A stretch of DNA of 64,000 nt from Candidatus Pelearchaeum maunauluense (GCA_030059675.1 JANVYQ010000004.1:121086-185085), one strand, 5' to 3'; shown: positions 16,488 through 26,087, counted from the first letter of the stretch. Notes: generated by a model not told the origin, from the sequence alone. Numbers and translations: made by a program.

Positions 16488-17183
16488 TCATATTCCTTTC
16501 CCAATCATCGCAGCCTCCACGCTACATAATGTTCTGGATACCGTTATCCAGGCTTCAAGTGGAGTATCGTGTATCTTTATCTTCATGTCAGCCAGTCTTT
16601 CTGTATCTCTGGAGAAACCGCCGTGTGGGAAGCCGCCTATCAAGACCATGGGCTTCTGCGTTGATATTATCTCCAGGCCAAGTCCCCTCACATCTCTATA
16701 CTCCCCATCCTCGCTCAGCAAGTAAATCCTTGTTGGCGATAGCTCGTTGACCAGCTGCTGGATGGATGCCCGTCTAATTGCGAGTAGCACGCCACCGTCT
16801 TCAGACCTTATCTCGCCGAGCTGGTATAGCTGTTCAATAAGCCCCTTAAACCGCTCATAGACGCGCGGCAGCCTAACCCATGGTTTCACGTCTATTAAGT
16901 ATCCATCCAAGGTGGAGATATACACGCTGAGGAGTCCGCGTTTATTGAGGGGGGAGCCCAGAGCCTCTAGTAGGGAGAAATGCGCTATGTCTGGCCTGCC
17001 GCGCTTATGGGCTTGGGGCAGGTTCTTCATGGCTGCATGGTGGTAAGACCTGTCCAGCAATAGCTCGCCAGGCTTCTTCCCACGCTGCCTGGCGTAGTTA
17101 GCCACGGCAGGATGCCGCCAACACTCGCGCGGCACAAGCTCAAGAGCAGCCTCAACCAAGACTAGGGTAAGCTTCTCCAACAC
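16488..17183 (-). CDS. nep1: rRNA pseudouridine N1-methyltransferase Nep1/Emg1
   Basis: LLDRSYH, RGRPDIAH, RLPRVYERF and IGGFPHG motifs. Confidence 0.93.
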   Translation of the reverse strand: MLEKLTLVLVEAALELVPRECWRHPAVANYARQRGKKPGELLLDRSYHHAAMKNLPQAHKRGRPDIAHFSLLEALGSPLNKRGLLSVYISTLDGYLIDVKPWVRLPRVYERFKGLIEQLYQLGEIRSEDGGVLLAIRRASIQQLVNELSPTRIYLLSEDGEYRDVRGLGLEIISTQKPMVLIGGFPHGGFSRDTERLADMKIKIHDTPLEAWITVSRTLCSVEAAMIGKGI

Positions 17184-17254
17184 GCCTACCTGAGATAAGA
17201 GACCATAAAAAGGAGCCGATAACCATTAATCCGACGAAGCCACATAATATCTGG

Positions 17255-18370
17255 ATGCGGATAACGGGTATTGCAGACCTGCCACTCCACGGGGGCCATG
17301 CGCCCTCCTGGCTTGTCCGTAGGATGAAGCACCTAGCATCTGCTATAGTCCGTGTTATAGTTGATGACTATGGTGAGCGGGAGGTTTTACGCCGCTTGGG
17401 CGACCCCTTCTGGTTTCAGTCATTCGGCTGCGTGCTGGGCTTTGACTGGCACTCAAGCGGGCTCACCACGGTAGTTACAGGCGCTCTCCGCGAGGCGCTG
17501 AGCCTTGAGGAGCATGGCGTGGCGCTTGCTGGTGGTAAGGGTAGGATGAGCAGGACTGTTCACGAGCAGCTAAGCGCGGCCCAGCTAAGCGGTGGTGTGG
17601 CTGAGCAGCTTTATAGGGCGAGCAGGCTCACCGCCAAGGTGGATAACGCTGTCCTACAAGATGGATACAGCATATACCACCACGTAATAGCATACACATC
17701 CTCTGGGGAGTGGGCTGTAATCCAGCAGGGCATGAATGACGCTAACGGTTATGCGCGGAGATACCACTGGCTATGGGAGGATGTGGCGAGCTTCGTGGTA
17801 GAGCCTCATAGCGGGCTGGTCGGAGACAAGGTTGAGATGCGGGTCATCAACATGACATCTAAGGGGAGTGAGGAGGCGCGCCGTGTTTCGCTGGACATAG
17901 TTAGGGAGAGTCCCCAGAAGCTTATAAGACTCATAAACATAGCTTCATCAAGGCAGGAGACGCTAACAGCATTTACTTCATCACAGGACGAGCAGATAAA
18001 GTTGCCAGCGCATCTATCCATGCCGCGGAGGATAGACTGGGACACAGTGAGAAGAGCATATGACATGCAGCCCACCAACTACGAGGAGCTGGTGGATGTG
18101 AGGGGTATGGGGCCAGCAACGATAAGGGCACTGGCGCTTGTAGCTAGCATAATCTACGGCGCCGAAGTAGATTGGCGCGACCCAGTAAAGTATAGCTTCG
18201 CCCACGGTGGTAAGGATGGTGTTCCGTATCCCGTTGAGAGGCGGAGGATGGATAAGGTTATAGGCTTCCTCCGCGAGGCGGTTGAGGCCTCGGAAATAGA
18301 TGCGCGCGAGAAGAAGGACGCATTACGGAGGTTGCTAAGCCTTGAGAGACGTCTCTACGGTAGGGGGTGA
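17255..18370 (+). CDS. DUF763-family protein
   Basis: ADLPLHGG, WFQSFG...DWHSSG, KVDNA, QQGMN, HGGKDGVPYPV motifs. Confidence 0.9.
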   Translation: MRITGIADLPLHGGHAPSWLVRRMKHLASAIVRVIVDDYGEREVLRRLGDPFWFQSFGCVLGFDWHSSGLTTVVTGALREALSLEEHGVALAGGKGRMSRTVHEQLSAAQLSGGVAEQLYRASRLTAKVDNAVLQDGYSIYHHVIAYTSSGEWAVIQQGMNDANGYARRYHWLWEDVASFVVEPHSGLVGDKVEMRVINMTSKGSEEARRVSLDIVRESPQKLIRLINIASSRQETLTAFTSSQDEQIKLPAHLSMPRRIDWDTVRRAYDMQPTNYEELVDVRGMGPATIRALALVASIIYGAEVDWRDPVKYSFAHGGKDGVPYPVERRRMDKVIGFLREAVEASEIDAREKKDALRRLLSLERRLYGRG

Positions 18371-18376
18371 AGCGCT

Positions 18377-18688
18377 CTGCGCAGGCCTAGTAAAAAGGCT
18401 CTGAGGGAATTCGCCCTCCAGAGGATAAAGAGAGCCCTGGACTTCGCGTTTGAAATATACCCAGAATATCCTGAGTATGCCGTAAGGGCTGTGAGGCAGG
18501 CGCAGCGCCTAGCCCAGAAAGTACGGCTGAGGCTCCCTACCACGTTGAAGCGGCGTTTCTGCCGTAAGTGCGGCACGCCATTCATAGGCTCGCAGACATT
18601 CTCGGTGCGCGTAAGGCAGAACCGCGCTACGCATGTGGTTGTCCGCTGCAAGCTATGCGGCCACACGAGGCGCTTCTACGTCTCCTAG
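18377..18688 (+). CDS. rnp4: RNase P protein Rpp21 (component 4)
   Basis: KRRFCRKC...CKLCG; conserved N-terminal helices (ALQRI...) lie upstream of the ORF-track GTG, implying CTG start at 18377 after GGGGGTGA. Confidence 0.85.
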   Translation: MRRPSKKALREFALQRIKRALDFAFEIYPEYPEYAVRAVRQAQRLAQKVRLRLPTTLKRRFCRKCGTPFIGSQTFSVRVRQNRATHVVVRCKLCGHTRRFYVS

Positions 18689-18757
18689 CTGAGAAGCCTA
18701 TAAATTATTGCTTTATAGGGAGGCGGGGAGAGGAAAGAAGCTCAGCGGCGGTGTAGC

Positions 18758-19183
18758 ATGTCGCTTACAGTAATGCGGGCAGACGCGCAGAAGCTCATAG
18801 AGAGGGTAGCGGAGTATCTCAAGACAAACCAGCTGGTAAAGCCCCCACCCTGGGCTATGTTCGTAAAGACGGGCGTGCATAAGGAGAGGTCTCCCACAAA
18901 CCCTGACTGGTGGTATATACGGGCTGCAGCGGTTCTACGCAAGCTCTACGTTAAAGGCCCGCTGGGCGTCTCGCGGCTGCGCAAGATGTATGGCGGGAGG
19001 CATAGGGCCAACCAGCATCCGCCGCACTTCGCGCCAGGAAGCGGCGCAATAATAAGGAAAGTCCTACAACAGCTGGAGAATGCGAACCTGGTTACGAAGG
19101 CTGATAAGAAGGGGCGAACCGTAACCGCGAAGGGACGTAAGCTTCTGGAGGAGGCCGCCCGCGGGGTAATAGCTAGGAAGTGA
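18758..19183 (+). CDS. rps19e: 30S ribosomal protein S19e
   Basis: PPWAMFVKTG, DWWYIRAA, SGAIIRKVLQQLE motifs. Confidence 0.97.
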   Translation: MSLTVMRADAQKLIERVAEYLKTNQLVKPPPWAMFVKTGVHKERSPTNPDWWYIRAAAVLRKLYVKGPLGVSRLRKMYGGRHRANQHPPHFAPGSGAIIRKVLQQLENANLVTKADKKGRTVTAKGRKLLEEAARGVIARK

Positions 19184-19619
19184 GAGCCAGCCTCATGATG
19201 TAGGCGTCCTCCCCATCCTTATAATACCTGGGTATCTTCCCTACCTTCTCAAAACCATGCTTCTCGTAGAAGCTTATCGCAGCGCTGTTGGATACTGCCA
19301 CCTGCAGGTCTAGATACTCCACTTCCTCTGGGAGTTGTCTGATTATGCTGCGTAGCAGTAAAGCCCCTACTCCGCGCCGCCTGTGCTGGGGATGAACCGC
19401 TATAGAGAGGAGTAGGGCATTCCTCTCCTCAACCCTAGCCACAGCGTATCCCACGACCCTACCAGAATCCTCGGCTACTAGGAACAAAGAGCTGGGGCTG
19501 GCTAGTAGTGTTAGGAACACGACGAAACCATAGGGATGGTTGAAGGACTTTCGCTCAATATCATATATCGCCAGCAGGTCGTTTAACGCTGCTCTCCTAA
19601 TGGTTGTTGCCCCGCTCAA
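19173..19619 (-). CDS. rimI: RimI/Ard1-like GNAT N-acetyltransferase
   Basis: SIAVHPQHRRRGVG, NSAAISFY and YYKDGEDA motifs. Confidence 0.88.
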   Translation of the reverse strand: MSGATTIRRAALNDLLAIYDIERKSFNHPYGFVVFLTLLASPSSLFLVAEDSGRVVGYAVARVEERNALLLSIAVHPQHRRRGVGALLLRSIIRQLPEEVEYLDLQVAVSNSAAISFYEKHGFEKVGKIPRYYKDGEDAYIMRLALTS

Positions 19620-19852
19620 CTCCTCAGTGCCAAGAGTATGAGATAGATGAGGAGCAGCGCTATTATGAGTATGGGCGACGTGCCTATGAAGAAGCCATCA
19701 ACCCGCGTACCCCATACCAATAGTGGGTGAATCTTGTCAAGTCTATCAAACAGGCGCGATAGTATGGGGAGTGCTACGAGTATTATGCCAAGGATTATGA
19801 GCAGTATCCCCAGGAATGTGAATGGGGCGAAGATGCTCTGATTCTGAGCCAT
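19616..19852 (-). CDS. Small membrane protein
   Basis: Two hydrophobic segments; tightly packed in the operon. Confidence 0.6.
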   Translation of the reverse strand: MAQNQSIFAPFTFLGILLIILGIILVALPILSRLFDRLDKIHPLLVWGTRVDGFFIGTSPILIIALLLIYLILLALRS

Positions 19853-20512
19853 CTACGTACCAGCCTCCATCCGCGCTGCTGCAGCTAGTAGTTTTATCAC
19901 CTCCTCATCGCTCGTCTGCTCAAACTCTTCGTAAAACTGCCCTATGGCATAGAACTCGCTGGGTGTTTGTAGGCAGTACACCTCATCAACCTCAGCGCGT
20001 ATCTTTGCGACGGTCTCTGGCGGCGCTACTGGAACTGCGACGACTATCTTACGCGCACCTAGGCCGCGGACGTATTTTATCGCAGCCCGCATGGTGGCGC
20101 CTGTCGCTAGGCCGTCATCAACGAGGATTACCGTCTTGCCGCGTATATCCACTGGCGGCCTACCGCCGCGATAGCGTTCAACTCTCCGCTTTATCTCGCG
20201 TATCTCCATCTCCGCCGTCTCCCTGATGTATTCGTCGGACGCTCCGACGAGTTGGGCTATGTTTTCTTCAACAACCAGCGAGCCATCTTCAGCCACAGCG
20301 CCCACGGCCAGCTCAGGCTGGTATGGTGCTCCTATCTTCCTAGGAACGACCACATCCAGTGGGGCGTTTAGGGCTTTAGCCACCTCGTAGCCTACTACGA
20401 CGCCTCCCCTAGGGATAGCCAAGACCACCGCATCCCCTAACCCGGCCTCACGAAGCTTAGACGCCAATAAGCGCCCAGCATCGGTCCTACTCCTGAAAAT
20501 CATCCAAAACAT
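19853..20512 (-). CDS. Phosphoribosyltransferase-family protein
   Basis: IPRGGV, RKIGAP..PELA and VDDGLATGAT motifs. Confidence 0.9.
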   Translation of the reverse strand: MFWMIFRSRTDAGRLLASKLREAGLGDAVVLAIPRGGVVVGYEVAKALNAPLDVVVPRKIGAPYQPELAVGAVAEDGSLVVEENIAQLVGASDEYIRETAEMEIREIKRRVERYRGGRPPVDIRGKTVILVDDGLATGATMRAAIKYVRGLGARKIVVAVPVAPPETVAKIRAEVDEVYCLQTPSEFYAIGQFYEEFEQTSDEEVIKLLAAAARMEAGT

Positions 20513-20622
20513 AGCTATGGTCTATCATGCTATTAGCCTTTTCATCGGCAAAATGCTAGAACCAGCCCCTACGGAATAGCTTTATATTCTCAGACAGCAA
20601 CCACCGTTTCAGAGAGGCTGTT

Positions 20623-20826
20623 ATGAGCGAGCACGTGATGGAGGGTAAGATTCTATACCAGTGTGTAAGGTGTGGTAGGCTGTTTGAGAAGGAGAAGATG
20701 CCCAAGGTGGCTGAGACACGCTGCCCTGTGTGCGGCTATAACGTGATAAAAAAAGCCAAGGCGCCTGCTGCCAAGCTCATAAAGACCTCAGAGCTGGGCA
20801 AGGACATTGTACGGATGTCGGTATAA
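20623..20826 (+). CDS. rpoP: RNA polymerase subunit Rpo12 (RpoP)
   Basis: YQCVRCG...RCPVCGYNVIKK. Confidence 0.85.
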   Translation: MSEHVMEGKILYQCVRCGRLFEKEKMPKVAETRCPVCGYNVIKKAKAPAAKLIKTSELGKDIVRMSV

Positions 20827-20926
20827 GGCCATCCAAGCGTAGGCTGGTGGAGAATACCCGAATAATCTTCACAGAGCCGAGTCTTGTGAAGATTTAAGAT
20901 GCGCTGGGCTGGGATAAGCCTCGTAG

Positions 20927-21727
20927 ATGGCTTTAGAGCTGCCGCCCGAGCTAGTGAAAGCGGTACCGCTGCCAGCATACATAGCGGAGCCGCTGCTGGC
21001 CATAACGCTCACAGCAGTAGCCATAATAGCTGTGCGCAAAATAGCGGCACCGCTAATCGCGATAATCTCATACAGGATAAGCGGACTCGTAAAGCTGGTC
21101 GGAACAATATCCTCAATCATCATAGGCTCAGTAATGGCCCACTCAACGCTCAACCCAACATCTGGAGAGACAATAGTAATGGCCGTAGCACTAGGCGGCG
21201 CGATAGCGCTCCTCTACACACCACTAACAAACATGCTCGCCGGAGACATTCTAAGAATGACCAGAACAGTGAGAGAAGGGGATGTGATAAGCGTCTCCAA
21301 CCAGCTCTACAAAATCCAGAAAATAGGCGAGGTGCATACGCTCCTAGTAACCCCAGACCTACGCTACGAGTATCATCCAAACATGATGTTCCTCAAGGAG
21401 CGGATACTAAACTATACCAAGTCTGGAGCAGGTCTGGTAACGGTTAACGTGGTTGTTAATGGTAGGAGTGTTAATCTGAGTGATGTTAAGCTGATGATGC
21501 TCAAGGTGGGGACTGACGTTGCCAAGAGTGAGCTGGCCGCTGGGCGTGCTGCTGATGTCCGCGTTGTGTCTATAAGAGGCGACGAAGTAGAGCTTCAGCT
21601 AAGGCTCTACATACAAACGCCAACCAAGGCCGAGTCCCTGGCGTCGCTCATACTGGAGAGAATATACATGAAGCTGGCTGAATCAACCAGCAGGGCTTAT
21701 GTGGGCGCTCATACGCGGGCTACTTGA
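20927..21727 (+). CDS. MscS-family small mechanosensitive channel-like protein
   Basis: Three TM segments, NMLAG, VREGDVI beta domain, TPD...PN. Confidence 0.75.
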   Translation: MALELPPELVKAVPLPAYIAEPLLAITLTAVAIIAVRKIAAPLIAIISYRISGLVKLVGTISSIIIGSVMAHSTLNPTSGETIVMAVALGGAIALLYTPLTNMLAGDILRMTRTVREGDVISVSNQLYKIQKIGEVHTLLVTPDLRYEYHPNMMFLKERILNYTKSGAGLVTVNVVVNGRSVNLSDVKLMMLKVGTDVAKSELAAGRAADVRVVSIRGDEVELQLRLYIQTPTKAESLASLILERIYMKLAESTSRAYVGAHTRAT

Positions 21728-22403
21728 TAAGCGGAAAAACATGCTCCACAACATAGTCCATAAACTTGTCCTCAGATATTCTTGAGAAAGAGGTTACCAC
21801 GCAGTTCCTAGTAAGCCCCAGAACAGCGCTACTACCCTGAACCGTGAAGACAAGATACCAAATCTTCCCATGCATTAGATACTCCTCATACTTTCCCGTC
21901 GTCTTGAGCGAATCGCCGTAGAGGGCAACCTTATCCACGCCTGGGAAATCCAAGTTATCAAAATAAATCACCTTCGTAGCTTCTGGATTCCTCTCGTGGA
22001 AAGCCCTGAGGTTATCTGCTGGAATCTGCGCCTCCACAACCCCTCTATATGTCAGGAATAGGTGGTGCGAGAGTATAGAGGCGACAGCGTTAGCAAAATG
22101 CTTCTTCTGAAGCACGGTAAGAAATATCCTACCACCAACATCATGAAAGTAAATACGTGCTGAAGCCGTCTTCAGAGTGGGAACCACTTTCCCGCGCTGA
22201 TTTATGAAAATAATCTTATCGCGATAAAAGATGCATGTAAGTATGTTCCTCTTCGTATCAAGGTCATCAACACCCGTAATAAGCTCAAACTCATGGTCAT
22301 CAACCTTCTCGTTCTCAACTCTCCTGAAGTCGCGTAGCTTATCGGCAATCTCCTCAAGCGACGTTGGAGTCTTTACCTCAAATATCTTGGCAGCGAGAAC
22401 CAT
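21720..22403 (-). CDS. Conserved archaeal hypothetical protein
   Basis: Long ORF starting MVLAAKIFEV with normal composition; function unknown. Confidence 0.7.
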   Translation of the reverse strand: MVLAAKIFEVKTPTSLEEIADKLRDFRRVENEKVDDHEFELITGVDDLDTKRNILTCIFYRDKIIFINQRGKVVPTLKTASARIYFHDVGGRIFLTVLQKKHFANAVASILSHHLFLTYRGVVEAQIPADNLRAFHERNPEATKVIYFDNLDFPGVDKVALYGDSLKTTGKYEEYLMHGKIWYLVFTVQGSSAVLGLTRNCVVTSFSRISEDKFMDYVVEHVFPLIK

Positions 22404-23337
22404 CCATGCCCGACCCCCTTGTCTGCTGCGGAAACTCAAATAGCCATCTCTTAAGCTCGACTTTGGGCCAAAACCCCAACAGCGAAGATGCCTTATCTAT
22501 CCTAGCCGCGCTGAAGCCTATATCACCCTCTCTGGGCGGAAGCATCTCCACCATATCCAAACCCAAGCCATAGGCGTCCAGAACCAATCTGGCAAGCTCA
22601 TAGATGCTCACTGGCTTGCCTGAAGCTATGTTAAATATATCAAAACTAGAGCTGGAGCTGATATTTCTCAACGCGGCTTCAAAGCCCTGTATCACGTCTG
22701 AGATATGTACGAAATCACGGGTCTGATTGCCGCTTCCATATATCTTGAGCTTCTGCTTGTTTGACGCAGCCTTTAGAAACGCGGAGATTACGTCATCTCT
22801 AAATCTTCCATTCCTCTCAAGGCCGTAGACGTTAAAGAGGCGTAGAACGATGCATCTAAGCCCGTAGAGCCTTGAATACTCCTCAAGCACCTTCTCAGAA
22901 ACCAGCTTACTATATCCATAAAACGACACAGGCCTACATTCCTGCTCCTCTACCGCTGCGCTTCTAATATCTCCATAAACCGCCGCGGAGGAGGAGAAGA
23001 TTATCCCTTTGACACCACAAGCCAGGGAGGCTTCGGCTATGTTGTATGTGCCTACAACGTTGGAGGCGAATGCAATATCGTGATTAGCCTCACATGCGGG
23101 AACGCCTGCAACGGCAGCCAAATGAAAAACATACTCAACATCCCGCAAAACATATCCCAAGCCGTCAGGCCTTGATATGTCCAGTCTGAAGACCTTAAGA
23201 CTTGATAGGTCTCTCAGATTATCTACACTGCCCGAGGAGAAGTTATCAATAACCAATACCTCGTGACCTAAGCGTAGAAGGTGTTCGACCAAGTATGCGC
23301 CTATGAAGCCACCCCCGCCTGTTACAGCTATCCTCAT
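22378..23337 (-). CDS. NAD-dependent sugar epimerase/dehydratase (GalE-like extended SDR)
   Basis: GGGGFIG, SSAAVYG, YGYSK, RLFNVYG and QTRDFVH motifs. Confidence 0.92.
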   Translation of the reverse strand: MRIAVTGGGGFIGAYLVEHLLRLGHEVLVIDNFSSGSVDNLRDLSSLKVFRLDISRPDGLGYVLRDVEYVFHLAAVAGVPACEANHDIAFASNVVGTYNIAEASLACGVKGIIFSSSAAVYGDIRSAAVEEQECRPVSFYGYSKLVSEKVLEEYSRLYGLRCIVLRLFNVYGLERNGRFRDDVISAFLKAASNKQKLKIYGSGNQTRDFVHISDVIQGFEAALRNISSSSSFDIFNIASGKPVSIYELARLVLDAYGLGLDMVEMLPPREGDIGFSAARIDKASSLLGFWPKVELKRWLFEFPQQTRGSGMDGSRCQDI

Positions 23338-23364
23338 AATTCCACTACTGCCTTTGATGGCATT

Positions 23365-24384
23365 CTAATAAGTTAAGACCCGCTCATATAGCTCCAGATA
23401 TTTTCCAATGACCACATCCCAGCTATACTCCCGTAAGATTAGGCTATACGCTTCTTCAGCCATCCGTGATGCCAGTTCCTTGTCATCCAGCAGCGTGTTT
23501 ATCGCTTCCGCAAGCTGTTGGGGGCTGTCTGGCTCCACCAGCAGGCCTGTCTTCATGTGGCTCACCAGCTCCACGTTGCCGCCAACATTCGTAGCTACTA
23601 CTGGCGTTCGCATGGCCATGGCCTCAAGGAGTGCTGTGCTAAGCCCCTCAGCCCGCGAGGGGAGGACGAAGATGTCAGAGCCTCTAATTATTCTCTGAGC
23701 CTCCCAACGGCTCATCGCGCCCAAGAATGTCACATTATCCAGATTATGCGCAGCTCTCCGTAGCCCCTCCTCAGCGGGGCCCGAGCCCACGATTATGAAA
23801 CGCGCTCTACCAACCAGCTGCGCCGCTTTTATCAGAGTATCGACACCCTTCTCCCTTGATAGCCTACCCACGTAAGCAACCTGAGGTGCGCCCATCCTAA
23901 TGCCATCGCTGGGGAGCTTCTTTAGGTCTATCGCGTTCGGTATATGCGCTACCTCAAACCCCATCGCGCTATAAGCCTCTGCAGCCTCCCTTGAGACAAC
24001 AGTTACCGCGTCAGCCCATTTGATAGCCCTTCTCTCCAACCAGCCCGCTGCGCGGCCCACGGCCCCGCCGTGAAGCAGAATAACCTGCCGCGAGTAGATT
24101 CCATGGATGGTTAGTATCCTGCGCCCAGACGCTAGGCGCATAGGTATGGCTGACGGAATATTATGCGCATGGATAATATCGTATTTCTCACCTAACACCT
24201 TAAGCGCCGCGAATAAAGCGAAAGAGGGGTTGGCGAGCCTCCTAACACGCAGGACAAGTGTGTTATTGGATGTTACATAATAAACCTCAAACCCCCGCTC
24301 ATGAAGCTTCTCACCAAGCTCCTCTACGTGCTGGGCTATACCACCCAGCCCACCCATCGTCGGTGATATTAGCAGGATACGCAT
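23365..24384 (-). CDS. GT4-family glycosyltransferase
   Basis: GGIAQH, VGRLSREKG and EGLSTALLEAM motifs. Confidence 0.92.
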   Translation of the reverse strand: MRILLISPTMGGLGGIAQHVEELGEKLHERGFEVYYVTSNNTLVLRVRRLANPSFALFAALKVLGEKYDIIHAHNIPSAIPMRLASGRRILTIHGIYSRQVILLHGGAVGRAAGWLERRAIKWADAVTVVSREAAEAYSAMGFEVAHIPNAIDLKKLPSDGIRMGAPQVAYVGRLSREKGVDTLIKAAQLVGRARFIIVGSGPAEEGLRRAAHNLDNVTFLGAMSRWEAQRIIRGSDIFVLPSRAEGLSTALLEAMAMRTPVVATNVGGNVELVSHMKTGLLVEPDSPQQLAEAINTLLDDKELASRMAEEAYSLILREYSWDVVIGKYLELYERVLTY

Positions 24385-24488
24385 ACCACGCACCCTCAAA
24401 CACGCGGAGACCATGAGTTAAGTATATGGCGGGACTAGCAATACGTTTAAATCCACGAGCATAAAACGCGGTTCGTAGGTGATTACCG

Positions 24489-24734
24489 CTGGGCAAAGTG
24501 AGGACGCGGAAAGTAAAGACACTCGCCAAAGAAATACTCGAAACATACAGCTCCCAAGTCTCAACATCATTCGAGCAGAATAAACTACTCGTGAGACAGG
24601 TGCTTGAGGGGAGGTTCTCTAAGAGGCTTGCCAATAGGATAGCGGGCTACCTTACGACACTAGCCAAGAGGGAGGCAAAAGCTAAAGAAGCAGAAGAAGA
24701 GAGCATAGTCGAAGCCGCGCCAGAGCAAAAATAA
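24489..24734 (+). CDS. rps17e: 30S ribosomal protein S17e
   Basis: GKVRT...FEQNK...NRIAGYLT; CTG at 24489 restores the canonical MGKVRT start; SD AGGTGA 6 nt upstream. Confidence 0.93.
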   Translation: MGKVRTRKVKTLAKEILETYSSQVSTSFEQNKLLVRQVLEGRFSKRLANRIAGYLTTLAKREAKAKEAEEESIVEAAPEQK

Positions 24735-24748
24735 GGATAATACGTATG

Positions 24749-24812
24749 GTGATGAGACTGACCTGCACCGAGAGCCCAGCAGGGCTCTATGACGAGCATA
24801 CACCCTCCCTGA
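24749..24812 (+). ncRNA. Box C/D methylation-guide sRNA
   Basis: C GTGATGA 24749-55; 12-nt guide; D' CCGA 24768-71; hairpin GAGCCC-AGCA-GGGCTC; C' ATGACGA 24789-95; 13-nt guide; D CTGA 24809-12; fills the intergenic gap. Confidence 0.8.
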
Positions 24813-24815
24813 GTT

Positions 24816-25982
24816 TTAGGGAGGTGGCCTAACTCCCAGAACAACATCAACGTTAAGAATCTTATCATCCCTGCTTATCGTTAACGTAACAACATCGTTG
24901 GGGCTTGTCTTTTCTTCCAGATAGGTTAGTATGTCGTCTATTGATTTTATTGGCAATCCATTTATCGCTATGATTATGTCCCCACCAGCCAGTATTCTTA
25001 TGCCATCTACTATGATTTCTTTTTCTCCTCCCCTTATTCCAGCTTTTGCCGCTGGGCCTCCTGCTACTACGCTCTCCACGAGGAAGCCGCGCTTAACGGA
25101 TACTCCGAGGGCTTCTGCTATGAGCTGGTTCATGTTCCGGCCCGCTATGCCGAGCCAGCTATGCTCATACGTGCCCTTCTCGATTAGTGTTGGAACTACC
25201 CGCGCTACTATCGTGGAGGGTATGGCGTAGCCTATTCCGACAAACCCGCGTATGGGTGATTCTATGGCTGTCGTTACCCCAACCACCTCGCCGCGCATGT
25301 TAAGTAATGGCCCCCCAGAGTTCCCTGGGTTCACCGCCGCGTCTATCTGTATGACTCCTGGGATGGAGAAGCCGCGCTTGGTTGGGAGGAGCCTATCTTT
25401 CTGGCTAACCACGCCTGTTGTTAGCGTTCCCTCCAATCCGAATGGGTTTCCCACAACTATTATCCTCTCTCCTATTTTCAGCTCCGAGGAGTTTCCCAGC
25501 TTAAGCGGCTTCAGGCTAATCTTGCTGGCATCAACCTTGAGCACGGCCAAATCGCTATACGGGTCGCGTCCCACCAGCTCGGCCTCCAGAACAGCCCCAT
25601 CAAGAAACGATACCCTAAACACGCTACCGTCTTCAACCACGTGATTATTGGTTACTATATGCCCAAGCGTGTCGTAGACGAAGCCAGAGCCGGAGGACTC
25701 GCCGAAGGGTGTGAGAACCCTAACCATAACCACAGAATCCTTGACACGCTCATAAACACTCGCTATATCAGCTTGAGTAGCCTCTACAATCACTGTTGAT
25801 ACTATCGTCTCAGCTTGATTCGCACCGTTAATAGATTCCTTGAGGTTCTCAATAGTGAGTGCGAGCTGTTTAACGTTAGATTGGAGTTGTTGTATGTTTA
25901 ATGAAATTGAATAGAGCTGAAAACCCATTATTGCCAGGAGTGAGAAGACCGTTAAGACCGCGAGAATGCTTAGCCTTGACAT
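24816..25982 (-). CDS. htrA: HtrA/DegP-like trypsin serine protease with PDZ domain, membrane-anchored
   Basis: TNNHV, DLAVL and NPGNSGGPL triad motifs; PDZ (GPAAKAGI...GDII); N-terminal TM. Confidence 0.93.
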   Translation of the reverse strand: MSRLSILAVLTVFSLLAIMGFQLYSISLNIQQLQSNVKQLALTIENLKESINGANQAETIVSTVIVEATQADIASVYERVKDSVVMVRVLTPFGESSGSGFVYDTLGHIVTNNHVVEDGSVFRVSFLDGAVLEAELVGRDPYSDLAVLKVDASKISLKPLKLGNSSELKIGERIIVVGNPFGLEGTLTTGVVSQKDRLLPTKRGFSIPGVIQIDAAVNPGNSGGPLLNMRGEVVGVTTAIESPIRGFVGIGYAIPSTIVARVVPTLIEKGTYEHSWLGIAGRNMNQLIAEALGVSVKRGFLVESVVAGGPAAKAGIRGGEKEIIVDGIRILAGGDIIIAINGLPIKSIDDILTYLEEKTSPNDVVTLTISRDDKILNVDVVLGVRPPP

Positions 25983-26087
25983 ACGCCATGACGAGGCTCT
26001 CCGAGTACCATTTAATAAAGGTTATTCATAATTCGCAGAGATGCTGGATAAGTAGTAATATAAGCGCAGGTGTTGGTGAGGTTGTCT

